Of a DNA stretch of 64,000 bases, positions 19,843 to 29,890 are shown piece by piece. Numbering within the stretch: position 1 is the stretch's first letter; every line of letters begins with the position of its first letter. Below the pieces are notes generated by a model. The model searched no databases, was not told the origin of the DNA, and saw only the letters and a program-made list of their open reading frames with translations. Position numbers and translations under genes: made by a program. Where the stretch lies: assembly GCA_031431555.1 (NCBI GenBank), contig JANPDN010000206.1, forward strand, positions 15,558 through 79,557, read 5' to 3'. Origin of the DNA: Rubrivivax sp. GTDB lineage: Bacteria > Pseudomonadota > Gammaproteobacteria > Burkholderiales > Burkholderiaceae_C.

Positions 19843-20766
19843 TCAGGCCGGGGCGCCGGCGCCCATGATCTGGAGAAAAACATCTTCGAGGTCGGCGCGG
19901 CCGATCTCGAGATCCTCGACCTTCACCGCCCCGGCGCGCAACGCCGCGAGGATCGATTCAACTTCGGTGGCGTCGTGCGCCGCCGCCTGCACGATGCGGC
20001 CAGTGACACGCGCGCGCACCGCCACCGCCGCCGGCAGGGTGTCGTCGGTCTTGAAGCGCAGCATCGTGTGCGCGGTGCCGGCGAGCAGCGCCGAGGTTTT
20101 GTCCAGCGCCACCACGCGACCCTGCTTCAACATCGCGATGCGCCCGCACAGCGCCTCGGCTTCTTCGAGGTAGTGGGTGGTCAGCAAGACGGTGTGGCCT
20201 TCGCGGTTCAGGCGCGCGATGAAGCGCCACAGGGTCTGGCGCAGCTCGACGTCGACACCCGCTGTCGGCTCGTCGAGCACGATCACCGGCGGGCGGTGCA
20301 CCAGCGCCTGCGCGACGAGCACGCGGCGCTTCATGCCGCCCGAGAGCTGGCGCATGTTTTCGTTGGCCTTGTCGGACAAACCCAGCTCGGCGAGCAGCTC
20401 GTCGATCCAGGCGTCGTTGTGGCGGATGCCGAAGTAGCCGCTCTGGATGCGCAGCGATTCGCGGACGCTGAAAAACGGGTCGAAGACCAGCTCCTGCGGC
20501 ACGATGCCCAGGCACATGCGCGCCGCTGCGTAGTCGGCCACGACGTCGTGGCCCAACACACGCACGCTGCCTTCGGTCGCGCGCGCCAGGCCGGCCAGGA
20601 TGCTGATCAGCGTGGTCTTGCCGGCACCGTTGGGGCCGAGCAGACCAAAAAACTCACCCGGCTCGATATTGAAGCTGACCGCATCCAGCGCACGCAGCGT
20701 GCCGCGCGCGCCGCTGTAGGTCTTGCCGACTTGTGTGAACTCGATTGCGGGGATCTGCTGGGCCAT
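19843..20766 (-). CDS. ABC-2 type exporter ATP-binding protein (YadG-like)
   Basis: ATG at 20766 (MAQQIPAIEFTQVGKTY). Walker A GPNGAGKTT, signature LSGGMKRR, Walker B VIVLDEPT. Confidence 0.9.
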   Translation of the reverse strand: MAQQIPAIEFTQVGKTYSGARGTLRALDAVSFNIEPGEFFGLLGPNGAGKTTLISILAGLARATEGSVRVLGHDVVADYAAARMCLGIVPQELVFDPFFSVRESLRIQSGYFGIRHNDAWIDELLAELGLSDKANENMRQLSGGMKRRVLVAQALVHRPPVIVLDEPTAGVDVELRQTLWRFIARLNREGHTVLLTTHYLEEAEALCGRIAMLKQGRVVALDKTSALLAGTAHTMLRFKTDDTLPAAVAVRARVTGRIVQAAAHDATEVESILAALRAGAVKVEDLEIGRADLEDVFLQIMGAGAPA

Positions 20767-20861
20767 TGCAGCCGATTCTAGGGCGCGTGTTTTGCTGCCG
20801 GCCAGCGCCGGGTTGCCCACGATGCCGACGCGCTGCGCCGGGTGCCAGAATCGCAGCCACC

Positions 20862-21524
20862 ATGGCCGAGCCCAAGAAAAAACCGCGCCGCACCGCCGAG
20901 AGGATCCTGGAGGTCACGCTCGACCTGTTCAATCGCTTTGGCGAGCCCAATGTCAGCACGACGCTGATCTCGGCCGAACTTGGCATCAGCCCGGGCAACC
21001 TCTACTACCACTACCCGGCCAAGGACGAGCTGATCAATTCGCTCTTCGGGCGCTACGAAACCGCGCTCAGCGAATTGCTGCAAGCCGCCGACGCGGTGCG
21101 CAATATCGAAGATGCCTGGCTGTTTTTCCACATGCTCTTCGAGCTGATCTGGCAGTACCGGTTTTTGTACCGCGACCTGAACGATCTGCTGTCGAAAAAC
21201 CGGCGCCTGGAAACCCACTTTCAGTTTGTCCTCAAGAACAAAGGCGCCGCGGTGCGCAGCCTGCTTGAAGGCCTGCAAACTGGCGGCGCAGTTTCGATCG
21301 ATGCCAGCGAATCGGCGCCGGTGGCGACCTCGATGGTCGTCGTGCTGACCTACTGGCTGAGTTACGAATATGTGCGCGACCCGCGCCGCGCGCTGGAGCC
21401 CGCCAGCGCCGGCGCGGCGCTGGCGCGCGGCGCCTTTCACACGCTGAGCCTGCTGATGCCCTACCTCGACGCCGAATCAAAAGCGCACCTGCTCACCCTG
21501 GTCGGCTCCTACGCCGACAGTTGA
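20862..21524 (+). CDS. TetR-family transcriptional regulator
   Basis: ATG 20862 (MAEPKKKPRRTAERILEVTLDLFNRFGEPNVSTTLISAELGISPGNLYYHY). Divergent from the ABC ATPase gene. Confidence 0.9.
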   Translation: MAEPKKKPRRTAERILEVTLDLFNRFGEPNVSTTLISAELGISPGNLYYHYPAKDELINSLFGRYETALSELLQAADAVRNIEDAWLFFHMLFELIWQYRFLYRDLNDLLSKNRRLETHFQFVLKNKGAAVRSLLEGLQTGGAVSIDASESAPVATSMVVVLTYWLSYEYVRDPRRALEPASAGAALARGAFHTLSLLMPYLDAESKAHLLTLVGSYADS

Positions 21525-21600
21525 ACCGGCTGCGTCGACACCCACCAACGGCACCGCAGCTTCAACCGCTCACATCGACACACCACAACCGGAGACCCCG

Positions 21601-22374
21601 ATGGCCAAATGGACTGCTTTTCCCTACGACAACGCCGCCTACAGCCATGACGCCGCCGGCTTGAAAAAAGTCTGGGCGCGGCTGCACACTGGCGACACCG
21701 AGCCGCTACCCAAGGACGACAAGCTGCTCGCCGGCTGGGCGCTGTTTCATGCCGGTGACTTCGAAAAAGCCTTCGATGCCGGCATCAAGCTCGGCGGTGC
21801 CGGCATCACGCTGGCCAACAAGTCGCAGTGCATCTACGCCAACTACCTTGAAAAGAGCGAAAAGACCAAGCTCGCGATGTTTCTCGAAGCCAGCGAGCGC
21901 GCCGAAGCACAGCAGGCCGACGAGCCGAAGAACCCGAATGCCTACTACTGGCAGGCCTACGCGATCGGCCGCTACGGCCAGGGCATCAGCGTGGCCAAGG
22001 CGTTGACCCAAGGCCTGGGCAGCAAGTGCAAAAACGCGCTGGAGACGGCGATCAAGCTGGCGCCCAAACATGCCGACGCGCGTATCGCGCTGGGTGCCTT
22101 TCATGCCGAGGTCATAGACAAGGTCGGCAAGCTGCTCGGCCGCACCCAGGGCGCTGACTCGGCGACCGGGCTGAAGATGTTCAAGGAGTCGCTCAAGCTG
22201 AACCCGACCAGCGCGATCGCGATGATCGAATACGCCAACGGCCTGGTCATGCTCGAAGGCGACAAGAAGATGGCCGAAGCCGAAAAGCTCTATGCCGATG
22301 CGGCGGCCTGCAAGCCGATGGACGCGATGGAGCGGCTCGACGTCGAAACCGCCAAGGCCGAGCTCGAAGATTGA
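21601..22374 (+). CDS. Hypothetical helical-repeat (TPR-like) protein
   Basis: 257-aa ORF with an AGGAGA-like Shine-Dalgarno (ccggagaccccg ATG). Lys/Ala-rich helical sequence with no catalytic motif recognised. Confidence 0.55.
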   Translation: MAKWTAFPYDNAAYSHDAAGLKKVWARLHTGDTEPLPKDDKLLAGWALFHAGDFEKAFDAGIKLGGAGITLANKSQCIYANYLEKSEKTKLAMFLEASERAEAQQADEPKNPNAYYWQAYAIGRYGQGISVAKALTQGLGSKCKNALETAIKLAPKHADARIALGAFHAEVIDKVGKLLGRTQGADSATGLKMFKESLKLNPTSAIAMIEYANGLVMLEGDKKMAEAEKLYADAAACKPMDAMERLDVETAKAELED

Positions 22375-22500
22375 GCTTCTTCGCCGCGGTGGCCGCGACC
22401 CGGGCAGCAAAGACCCGCTTGCAGTAATCCCCGATTGGTACCGGATCAGGTTTCAGGCAAGCTGGCCTTTCAATCTGGTTCCATTGAGAGGCCCCAAGCG

Positions 22501-24096
22501 ATGTCCATCCTCACCCGCCGTGCCACCGCCGCCGCGCTGTGCGCCACCACGCTGTTGATCTTCGGCGCCACCACGCCAGTGCTGGCGCAGAACACCGTGC
22601 TGCGTGTCGTGCCGCATTCGAACCTGGCGATCCTGGACCCGATCTGGACCACCGCCTACATGAGCCGCAACCACGGCTACATGATCTACGACACCCTCTT
22701 CGGCACCGACGAAAACGCCAAGATCAAGCCGCAGATGGTCGACACCTGGTCGGTCACGCCGGACAACCGGCTGTGGACCTTCAAGCTGCGCCCGGGCCTG
22801 GCATTCCACGACGGCGCCCCGGTCACCGGTGACGACGTGATCGCCTCACTGCAGCGCTGGGGTAAGCGCGACGCGATGGGCAGCGCGCTGTTCACCTTTG
22901 TGCAGCGCATGGACAGCCCGGCGCCCGACACCTTCCGCATCTTCCTCGGCGAGGCCTGCGGTTTCATGCTCGAAGCGCTCGGCAAGCCGTCGTCGAACGT
23001 GCCCTTCATCATGCCCAAGCGCATCGCCGAGACCGATGCCTTCAAGCAAATCGAAGAGCACATCGGCTCCGGCCCCTACACCTTCAAGCGCGACGAGTTC
23101 AAACCCGGCGACAAGGCGGTGTACCTGAAATACGCCAAGTACGTGCCACGCAGCGAGCCACCGTCGGGCACCACTGGGGCCAAGCAGGTCTACATCGACC
23201 GCGTCGAATGGAACCTGGCGCTGCGTGATGCACAGGCGCAGGTCAATGCGCTGAAAAAGGGCGAGGTCGACATCATCGAGGCGCTGGGCTTCGACTTCTA
23301 CGAAGCGGCCAAGACCGACGCTGACATGCAGTTGCCCAAGTACGCCAACCTCGGCTTGCAGTACATGGCGCGTTTCAACCACCTGCACAAACCTTTCGAC
23401 AACGCCAAGGTGCGCCAGGCGGCCATCGCAGCGTTTTCGCAAGAGCCGTTTTTGCGTGCGCAGGTGGGCGTGAAGGAACTGTACAAAACCTGCCCATCGA
23501 TGTTCATCTGCAACACGCCTTTTGGCAGCACCGCGGGCAGCGACATCCAGGCCAAGAGCAATATGAAAAAGGCGCAAGACCTGCTCAAGGCCAGCGGGTA
23601 CGACGGTACGCCGATCGTGATCATGAAACCCACCGACCTCGCCAGCATCCAGAAGCTGCCGGATGTCGCCGCGCAGCTGCTGCGCCAGGCCGGCTTCAAG
23701 GTCGACCTGCAGGCAATGGACTGGCAGACGCTGGTTGGCCGCCGGGCCAAGAAAGACGCCCCCGACAAGGGCGGCTGGCATATGTTCCTGACCGCCTGGA
23801 ACGTCTTCGACGTCTGGAGCCCGATCGCCAACCCGACGATGGACACGCGCGGCGAAAAGTCCGGCTGGTTCGGCTGGGCCAGCGACGACAAGCTGGTCAC
23901 GCTACGCGCGGAGTTCATGCGCGCGACCGACGAAGGGGTGAAGAAAAAGCTCGCCGACCAGATTCACGCACGCGCTTTTGAAGTTGGCACCCATGCGCCG
24001 CTGGGCGAGTACATGCAGCCGATGGCCGCGCGCAAGAACATCAGCGGCTTCTTCGTGACCAACGGCAACATCTACTGGAACCTGAAGAAGAACTAA
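22501..24096 (+). CDS. ABC transporter substrate-binding protein, family 5 (peptide/nickel, DppA-like)
   Basis: ATG 22501 gives signal peptide MSILTRRATAAALCATTLLIFGATTPVLAQ. About 530 aa. First gene of a five-gene operon. Confidence 0.9.
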   Translation: MSILTRRATAAALCATTLLIFGATTPVLAQNTVLRVVPHSNLAILDPIWTTAYMSRNHGYMIYDTLFGTDENAKIKPQMVDTWSVTPDNRLWTFKLRPGLAFHDGAPVTGDDVIASLQRWGKRDAMGSALFTFVQRMDSPAPDTFRIFLGEACGFMLEALGKPSSNVPFIMPKRIAETDAFKQIEEHIGSGPYTFKRDEFKPGDKAVYLKYAKYVPRSEPPSGTTGAKQVYIDRVEWNLALRDAQAQVNALKKGEVDIIEALGFDFYEAAKTDADMQLPKYANLGLQYMARFNHLHKPFDNAKVRQAAIAAFSQEPFLRAQVGVKELYKTCPSMFICNTPFGSTAGSDIQAKSNMKKAQDLLKASGYDGTPIVIMKPTDLASIQKLPDVAAQLLRQAGFKVDLQAMDWQTLVGRRAKKDAPDKGGWHMFLTAWNVFDVWSPIANPTMDTRGEKSGWFGWASDDKLVTLRAEFMRATDEGVKKKLADQIHARAFEVGTHAPLGEYMQPMAARKNISGFFVTNGNIYWNLKKN

Positions 24097-24138
24097 AGCC
24101 GACGGCCGCCGTCGCGCGCGAGAGAGCACCCACCCGCG

Positions 24139-25080
24139 ATGTTTGCGTTTCTCGCGCGCCGGCTGGCGTCGACCATTCCGGTGCTGCTGATCGTCTCGGT
24201 ACTGGTATTTTTGATGCTGCGGCTGACCCCCGGCGACCCGGCTGCGGTGCTCGCCGGCGACGCCGCCAGCACCGAGCAGATCGCGCAGATCCGCGAGGGC
24301 CTGGGCCTGAACCGGTCGATCCCCGAGCAGTACGTGATCTGGTTCGGCCGGGTGCTCAGCGGCGACCTCGGCCAGTCGTTTTATTACAAGACCCCGGTGA
24401 CCACGCTGATCGGCCAGCGCATCGAAGCCACGCTGTCGCTGGCCTTGATCACGATCAGCATCGCGGTGCTCGTCGCGGTGCCGCTCGGCGTGCTCGCCGC
24501 CTGGCGCTTCGGTGGCTGGCTCGACCGCGGCCTGATGGGTTTTTCGGTGCTCGGCTTTTCTATTCCCATCTTCGTGCTCGCCTACCTGCTGATCTGGCTG
24601 GTGTCGCTCAAGCTCGGCTGGTTGCCGGTGCAGGGCTACAAACGCATTGCCGACGGCGTCGGGCCCTGGCTGTACCACCTGACGCTACCCTCGATCACGC
24701 TGAGCATCATCTACATCGCGCTCATTGCCCGCGTCACCCGCGCCTCGGTGCTCGAAACACTCGGCGAGGACTACATCCGCACCGCACGCGCCAAGGGTCT
24801 GCCCGAGTCGACGGTGCTGATGCGGCATGCGCTGACCAACGCCGCGGTGCCGATCGTCACCGTCATCGGCATCGGCATCGCGCTGCTCATTGGCGGGGTG
24901 GTCGTCACCGAATCGGTCTTCGCGATCCCCGGCCTGGGCCGGCTCACGGTAGACGCCGTGCTGGCGCGCGACTTCCCGACGATCCAGGGCGTGATCCTGC
25001 TGTTTTCTTTTGTCTACGTGATGATCAACCTGGGCGTCGATCTCTCGTACGTCTTCTTCGATCCGCGAATTCGGTATTGA
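24139..25080 (+). CDS. ABC transporter permease (DppB-like)
   Basis: 313 aa: MFAFLARRLASTIPVLLIVSVLVFLMLRLTPGDP.. and an EAA-loop region. Confidence 0.9.
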   Translation: MFAFLARRLASTIPVLLIVSVLVFLMLRLTPGDPAAVLAGDAASTEQIAQIREGLGLNRSIPEQYVIWFGRVLSGDLGQSFYYKTPVTTLIGQRIEATLSLALITISIAVLVAVPLGVLAAWRFGGWLDRGLMGFSVLGFSIPIFVLAYLLIWLVSLKLGWLPVQGYKRIADGVGPWLYHLTLPSITLSIIYIALIARVTRASVLETLGEDYIRTARAKGLPESTVLMRHALTNAAVPIVTVIGIGIALLIGGVVVTESVFAIPGLGRLTVDAVLARDFPTIQGVILLFSFVYVMINLGVDLSYVFFDPRIRY

Positions 25081-25103
25081 CGTCGCCGAGGCTAACGACT
25101 GAT

Positions 25104-26039
25104 ATGAGCGACAGCGCCAGCAACTTCGAAACCCTGTCGGTCGAGTCCGCATCGGTGGTCCCTCAGCCGAGTGCCTGGGCGCGCGTGCGCAAGAGCATTT
25201 CAGTGCGCATCGGCGGCACGGTGCTCGCGGTGCTGGTGCTCATCGCGCTCGCCGCGCCCTGGCTCGGCACCGTGGATCCGTCACTGTTCGACCCCGCCAG
25301 CCGCGACCTGCTGCCCGGCCAGCACGGCGAGATCACCACGCTCGAAGGCGAGACGCTCAAACATCGCTTTCTGATGGGCTCCGACAGCTTCGGCCGCGAT
25401 ATCTACAGCCGCGTCATCTACGGCACCCAGGTGTCGCTGATCGTCGGTGTCTGCACGGCGATCGTTGCGCTGGCGATCGGCATCAGCCTCGGCTTGAGCG
25501 CCGGTTTTTTAAGGGGGCTCGACGGCCCGTTGATGCGCGTGATGGACGGCGTGATGGCGATCCCCGCGATCCTGATCGCGATTGCGCTCGTCGCGATGTG
25601 GCGCGGCAGCCTGCTCACCGTGGTCATCGCGATTGCGGTGCCCGAGATCCCGCGTGTCACGCGCCTGGTGCGATCGCTGGTGCTGACGATCCGCGAAGAG
25701 CCTTATGTCGAAGCCGCGATCTCGCTGGGCACGCCGACGTGGAAGATCATGCTCCGCCATATCCTGCCGAACACCGTGGCGCCGCTGGTCGTGCAGGGCA
25801 CCTTCATCTGCGCATCGGGCATCCTGGTCGAGGCGATCCTGTCCTTCCTCGGGGTCGGCCTGCCGCCAGAAACCCCGACCTGGGGCAATGTGATGGCCGA
25901 AGGCCGGGCGCAGTTCAACGCCTACCCGCACAACATCTTTTTCCCCGGCATCTTTCTGGCGCTGACGGTGCTCGCGGTCAACATCCTGGGTGACGGGCTG
26001 CGCGACACGCTTGATCCGAAGATGGCCAAGCGGGTATGA
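25104..26039 (+). CDS. ABC transporter permease (DppC-like)
   Basis: ATG 25104 (alternative TTG at 25077). ..GSDSFGRDIYSRVIYG.. is typical of DppC/OppC. Confidence 0.9.
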   Translation: MSDSASNFETLSVESASVVPQPSAWARVRKSISVRIGGTVLAVLVLIALAAPWLGTVDPSLFDPASRDLLPGQHGEITTLEGETLKHRFLMGSDSFGRDIYSRVIYGTQVSLIVGVCTAIVALAIGISLGLSAGFLRGLDGPLMRVMDGVMAIPAILIAIALVAMWRGSLLTVVIAIAVPEIPRVTRLVRSLVLTIREEPYVEAAISLGTPTWKIMLRHILPNTVAPLVVQGTFICASGILVEAILSFLGVGLPPETPTWGNVMAEGRAQFNAYPHNIFFPGIFLALTVLAVNILGDGLRDTLDPKMAKRV

Positions 26040-27766
26040 GCGGCGCAGACACCAGCGGCTCGGCACCCGCCGCGACCCAGCCGATCCTCGAGGTCACCGA
26101 CCTGACCATCGCGCTGCCCCCTGGTGGCGACCGCGCGACTGCGGTGCAGAAGGTGTCGTTCAGCGTCGGCCGCGGCGAAATCCTGTGCCTGGTCGGCGAA
26201 TCGGGATCGGGCAAATCGGTGATCGCCCAGGGTGTGATGGGCCTGTTGCCCAAGGCGCTGCCGGTGACCGCCGGGCGCATCGTGCTGCAAGGCGAAGACA
26301 TCACCCACGCGCCGCTGTCGCGCCTGCGCGAATTGCGCGCGACGCGCATGTCGATGATCTTTCAGGAGCCGATGACGGCGCTGAACCCGGTCATGACCTG
26401 CGGCGACCAGATCGACGAGGTGCTGCGCCAGCACACGCCGCTGGCGCTGCCTGAGCGCCGCCGCAAGGTGCTCGATATCGTGCGCGAGGTGCTCTTGCCC
26501 GACCCCGAGCGCATGGTGGCGAGTTATCCGCACCAGCTCAGCGGCGGCCAGCGCCAGCGCATCATGATCGCGATGGCGCTGGTGCTCGACCCGGTGCTGC
26601 TCATCGCCGACGAGCCGACGACGGCACTCGACGTCACGACGCAGGCGCAGATCCTCAAGCTCGTGCTCGACCTGCAACAGCGCCATGCCGCCGGCGTGCT
26701 CTTCATCACCCACGACTTCGGTGTCGTCGCCGAGGTCGCGCACCGCGTCGCCGTGCTGCGCCTGGGTGACCTCGTCGAGATCGGCCCGAAGGCCGCCGTG
26801 CTGCAACAGCCGCAGCACGACTACACCCGGATGTTGATGCGTGCGGTGCCGACACTGCAACTGAAAGAACGGCCCAGCGACCCCGGCGCACCGCTGGTGC
26901 TGCGGGTCTTGGGCCTGCAAAAAACCTACGACGACAAAAGCTGGTTCGGCAAGCGCCGCTCGGTGCACGCGGCGCAGGACGTGACGCTGGAAATTCGCCG
27001 CGGCCAGACTCTGGGCCTCGTCGGCGAATCGGGCTCGGGCAAGAGCACGGTGGCACGCTGCATCGTGCGCCTGATCGACCCCAGCGGCGGCTCGATCCTG
27101 CTCGGCACCGGCGGCAGTGGCAGTGGCAGTGGCAGTGGCAACAGCGATCGTGCCGACGGCGCTGGCCTTGGTGACGCCGACGCCACCACCGATATCGCGA
27201 TGATGCCGGCCGCCGCGCTGCGCCCGTTGCGCCGCCGGGTGCAGATCGTCTTCCAGGATCCTTATCGTTCGCTGAACCCGCGCCGCACGGTGCAGCAAGC
27301 ACTGGTCGAAGGGCCGATGAACTTCGGTCTCAGCCACGCCGACGCGATGCAGCGCGCGCGCCAACTGCTGAAACTGGTGCGCATGGACGATGCCGCGCTG
27401 GAGCGTTATCCGCACCAGTTTTCCGGCGGCCAACGCCAGCGCATCTGCATCGCCCGCGCCTTGATGATGGAGCCCGAACTGCTCATTGCCGACGAAGCGG
27501 TTTCTGCGCTTGATGTCTCCGTGCAGGCCCAGGTGCTGCAGCTGTTTGAAGAGATCCGCAGCCGGCTCAACCTGGCGATGCTCTTCATCACCCACGACCT
27601 GCGCGTGGCCTCGCAGGTCTGTGACCAACTCGCCGTGATGTCGCAGGGCCGGATCGTCGAATACGGCCCCGCGCACCGCGTCTTCGGCGCGCCGCAGCAC
27701 GACTACACCAAGGCGCTGTTTGCGGCCGCACCGGGGCGCAACTTTGCCTTCGGCGGCGCGGCCTGA
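26036..27766 (+). CDS. Fused double-NBD ABC ATP-binding protein (DppD/DppF-like)
   Basis: 576 aa. Two Walker A motifs ([18 protein letters not shown]), two signatures (LSGGQRQR, FSGGQRQR) and two Walker B motifs ([16 protein letters not shown]). Confidence 0.9.
   Translation: MSGADTSGSAPAATQPILEVTDLTIALPPGGDRATAVQKVSFSVGRGEILCLVGESGSGKSVIAQGVMGLLPKALPVTAGRIVLQGEDITHAPLSRLRELRATRMSMIFQEPMTALNPVMTCGDQIDEVLRQHTPLALPERRRKVLDIVREVLLPDPERMVASYPHQLSGGQRQRIMIAMALVLDPVLLIADEPTTALDVTTQAQILKLVLDLQQRHAAGVLFITHDFGVVAEVAHRVAVLRLGDLVEIGPKAAVLQQPQHDYTRMLMRAVPTLQLKERPSDPGAPLVLRVLGLQKTYDDKSWFGKRRSVHAAQDVTLEIRRGQTLGLVGESGSGKSTVARCIVRLIDPSGGSILLGTGGSGSGSGSGNSDRADGAGLGDADATTDIAMMPAAALRPLRRRVQIVFQDPYRSLNPRRTVQQALVEGPMNFGLSHADAMQRARQLLKLVRMDDAALERYPHQFSGGQRQRICIARALMMEPELLIADEAVSALDVSVQAQVLQLFEEIRSRLNLAMLFITHDLRVASQVCDQLAVMSQGRIVEYGPAHRVFGAPQHDYTKALFAAAPGRNFAFGGAA
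27113..27142 (+). repeat. Hexanucleotide tandem repeat (GGCAGT x4 + GGCAAC) inside the ABC ATPase gene
   Basis: Read directly. It encodes GSGSGSGSGN within a low-complexity insert of the second NBD. Confidence 0.9.
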
Positions 27767-27797
27767 AGCACAAGTCAAAGACCGCACACTCCAGCCC

Positions 27798-29303
27798 ATG
27801 CCCCGCATCCTGATCGCCGGTTACCAGCACGAGACCAATACCTTCGCCCCGAGCCTGGCCGACTGGGCAGCGTTCACGCGCGGCGACTCCTTCCCGGCCT
27901 TTGTGCGCGGCGCCGCGATGCAAGCGCAGCTCAGCGGCATCAATATCCCGATCGCCGGTTTTATCGCGTCGGCAAAACACCGCGGCTGGAGCCTGGCGCC
28001 ATCTTGCTGGGCCGGTGCAATCCCGTCGTCTTACGTCACCCGCGACGCCTTCGATCGCATCGCCGGCGCGATCTGCGAAGACGTCTCGCAGGCTTGCGAA
28101 TCCGAAGCCGGCCTCGACGCGATCTACCTCGACCTGCATGGCGCGGCGGTGGCAGAAAACGCCGACGACAGCGAAGGTGAACTGCTCGCGCGGCTGCGCG
28201 CGATCGTCGGCCCGAAGCTGCCGATCGTGGCCAGCCTGGACCTGCACGCCAACGTCACCCAGCGCATGTTGAACGAAGCCGATGCGCTGGTGGCCTACCG
28301 CACCTATCCGCATGTCGACATGGCGGCCACCGGCGAGCTCGCCGCCGAGCTGCTCGCGCGCCGTTTCAAGGCCGGTGTGCGCGAACCCATGCACAGCGCG
28401 CGTTTGCCGTTCCTGATCCCGCTGAATGCACAGAGCACGATGCAGGCGCCGGCGCAGGATCTGTACGGCGAGCTGGTCGAAATCGACCGCAAGTTGGGCA
28501 CTTGCTTGAGCTTCTGCATGGGCTTCCCGGCGTCGGACTTCGAAGAATGTGGCGCGATGGTCTGGGGCCATGGCGAACATGCACAGGCCGCTGTCGAACG
28601 CCTGTTTGCTGCCGTGTCGCAGCCGGCGCAATGGCGGCTCGACATCGTCGACGCCCGCGCGGCGGTGCAGCGCGCGATGGCGCTGGCCGAAAAGTCATCG
28701 AAGCCGGTGGTCATCGCCGATACGCAAGACAACCCGGGCGCCGGCGGCGACAGCAATACCACCGGCATGTTGCACGCGCTGCTCGCCCAGGGCGCCGGGC
28801 GGCGCCTCCCCGGCCGGGTCGCGCTCGGGTTGCTATTCGACGCCGCGGCAGGCCGCGCGGCTTTTGAAGCCGGTGTCGGCGCGGAGCTCGAATTGAGCCT
28901 GGGCACCGCGGTGCCCACCTTCAGCGGCGCCTTGAGCGACGCGCCGCTGCGCGGCCGCTTCAAGGTGCTCGCCATCAGCGACGGCAAGTGCACGCTGACC
29001 GGGCCGATGATGACCGGCCTGACGGTTCACCTGGGGCCCAGTGCGTGCCTCGAGATCGACGGCATCCGCATCGCCGTCGTCAGCGGCAAGAAGCAGCTGC
29101 TCGACCGCCAATTGCTGCGCATGGTCGGCATCCACACCGAGCAGATGCAAATCGTCGTCGTCAAAAGCTCGAACCATTTCAGGGCTGATTTCCAGCCCCA
29201 CGCCAGCCATGTCATCGTCGCCAAGGCGGCTGGCCCGATGGCCGCCGACCCGGCTGATCTGCCGTGGCAAAAACTGCCGGCGGCGATGCGGCGGCGGCCC
29301 TGA
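27798..29303 (+). CDS. M81-family metallopeptidase (MlrC-like), paralogue 1
   Basis: ATG 27798: MPRILIAGYQHETNTFAP..LDLHGAAV..DSEGELL..SLDLHANV. Last gene of the peptide-transport operon. Confidence 0.85.
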   Translation: MPRILIAGYQHETNTFAPSLADWAAFTRGDSFPAFVRGAAMQAQLSGINIPIAGFIASAKHRGWSLAPSCWAGAIPSSYVTRDAFDRIAGAICEDVSQACESEAGLDAIYLDLHGAAVAENADDSEGELLARLRAIVGPKLPIVASLDLHANVTQRMLNEADALVAYRTYPHVDMAATGELAAELLARRFKAGVREPMHSARLPFLIPLNAQSTMQAPAQDLYGELVEIDRKLGTCLSFCMGFPASDFEECGAMVWGHGEHAQAAVERLFAAVSQPAQWRLDIVDARAAVQRAMALAEKSSKPVVIADTQDNPGAGGDSNTTGMLHALLAQGAGRRLPGRVALGLLFDAAAGRAAFEAGVGAELELSLGTAVPTFSGALSDAPLRGRFKVLAISDGKCTLTGPMMTGLTVHLGPSACLEIDGIRIAVVSGKKQLLDRQLLRMVGIHTEQMQIVVVKSSNHFRADFQPHASHVIVAKAAGPMAADPADLPWQKLPAAMRRRP

Positions 29304-29454
29304 GCGGCCGAGCACTCTGGGCACGCCGGCGAATGACCGCGGCTGGCGTTGAATCGCAAAAGCGTGCACCGCAGGCAATGGGCCTGCGTGGCTCCCACGG
29401 TCGTTCTGCGTTGTTCGGCGGGGTCGGCGTAGCGCGAGGCAGGCGGCCCGGGCA

Positions 29455-29766
29455 TGCGTTCTCCGGCCCACGCTCGCGGGGCGCCGCCCGATGGGCCGGA
29501 CGATCACCTCGTCAACACCGCCGAGGCGCCCGTAGCGAGTGGCGACCGCGAATGGGGCCTGCGCCCGCACACCCGAACCGCCTGCCCAGATCGATCGTGG
29601 TGTTCCGGCAATACACCCACGGCTGTGGCCGCAGGGTGGTGGTGGTGTCTGCGGGCGCAGGCCCCATTCGCGGTCGCCACTCCCGGTTGGTAACCGACGC
29701 CGGAAATGACGGCACGGCGTACCGGCACCAAAGGCGGTCCCCCGCGAGCGTGGGCCGGAGAACGCA
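29455..29766. repeat. Nested perfect inverted repeats (27-bp outer arms, 33-bp inner arms); REPIN/MITE-like element
   Basis: Outer arm 29455-29481 is the reverse complement of 29740-29766. Inner arm 29537-29569 is the reverse complement of 29650-29682. Both verified base by base. Intergenic. Confidence 0.9.
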
Positions 29767-29890
29767 GGCGCCGCCGCCGCCCTGCCGCGCCGACTCGCCA
29801 GAGGAGACACGGCAACGCAACGAATCTCGACAGCGCAGAAAACAGCAGTTCGTCATTCGCGCGGCGATGCACCACTGATCGCAACTTGGC

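Noticed and set aside
22445-22458. 14-nt identity (atcaggtttcaggc) between 22445-22458 and 56908-56921, both at gene junctions
   Set aside because: By rough expectation, several chance 14-mer matches should occur in a 64-kb window, and the flanks show no extended similarity.
28833-29878. ORFs spanning the MlrC-EamA intergenic region (28833-29810 minus, 29264-29878 plus, 29454-29693 plus)
   Set aside because: Their mirrored peptides (GDREWGLRP / APFAVAT) come from translating the perfect inverted repeats. There is no start context or coding bias.
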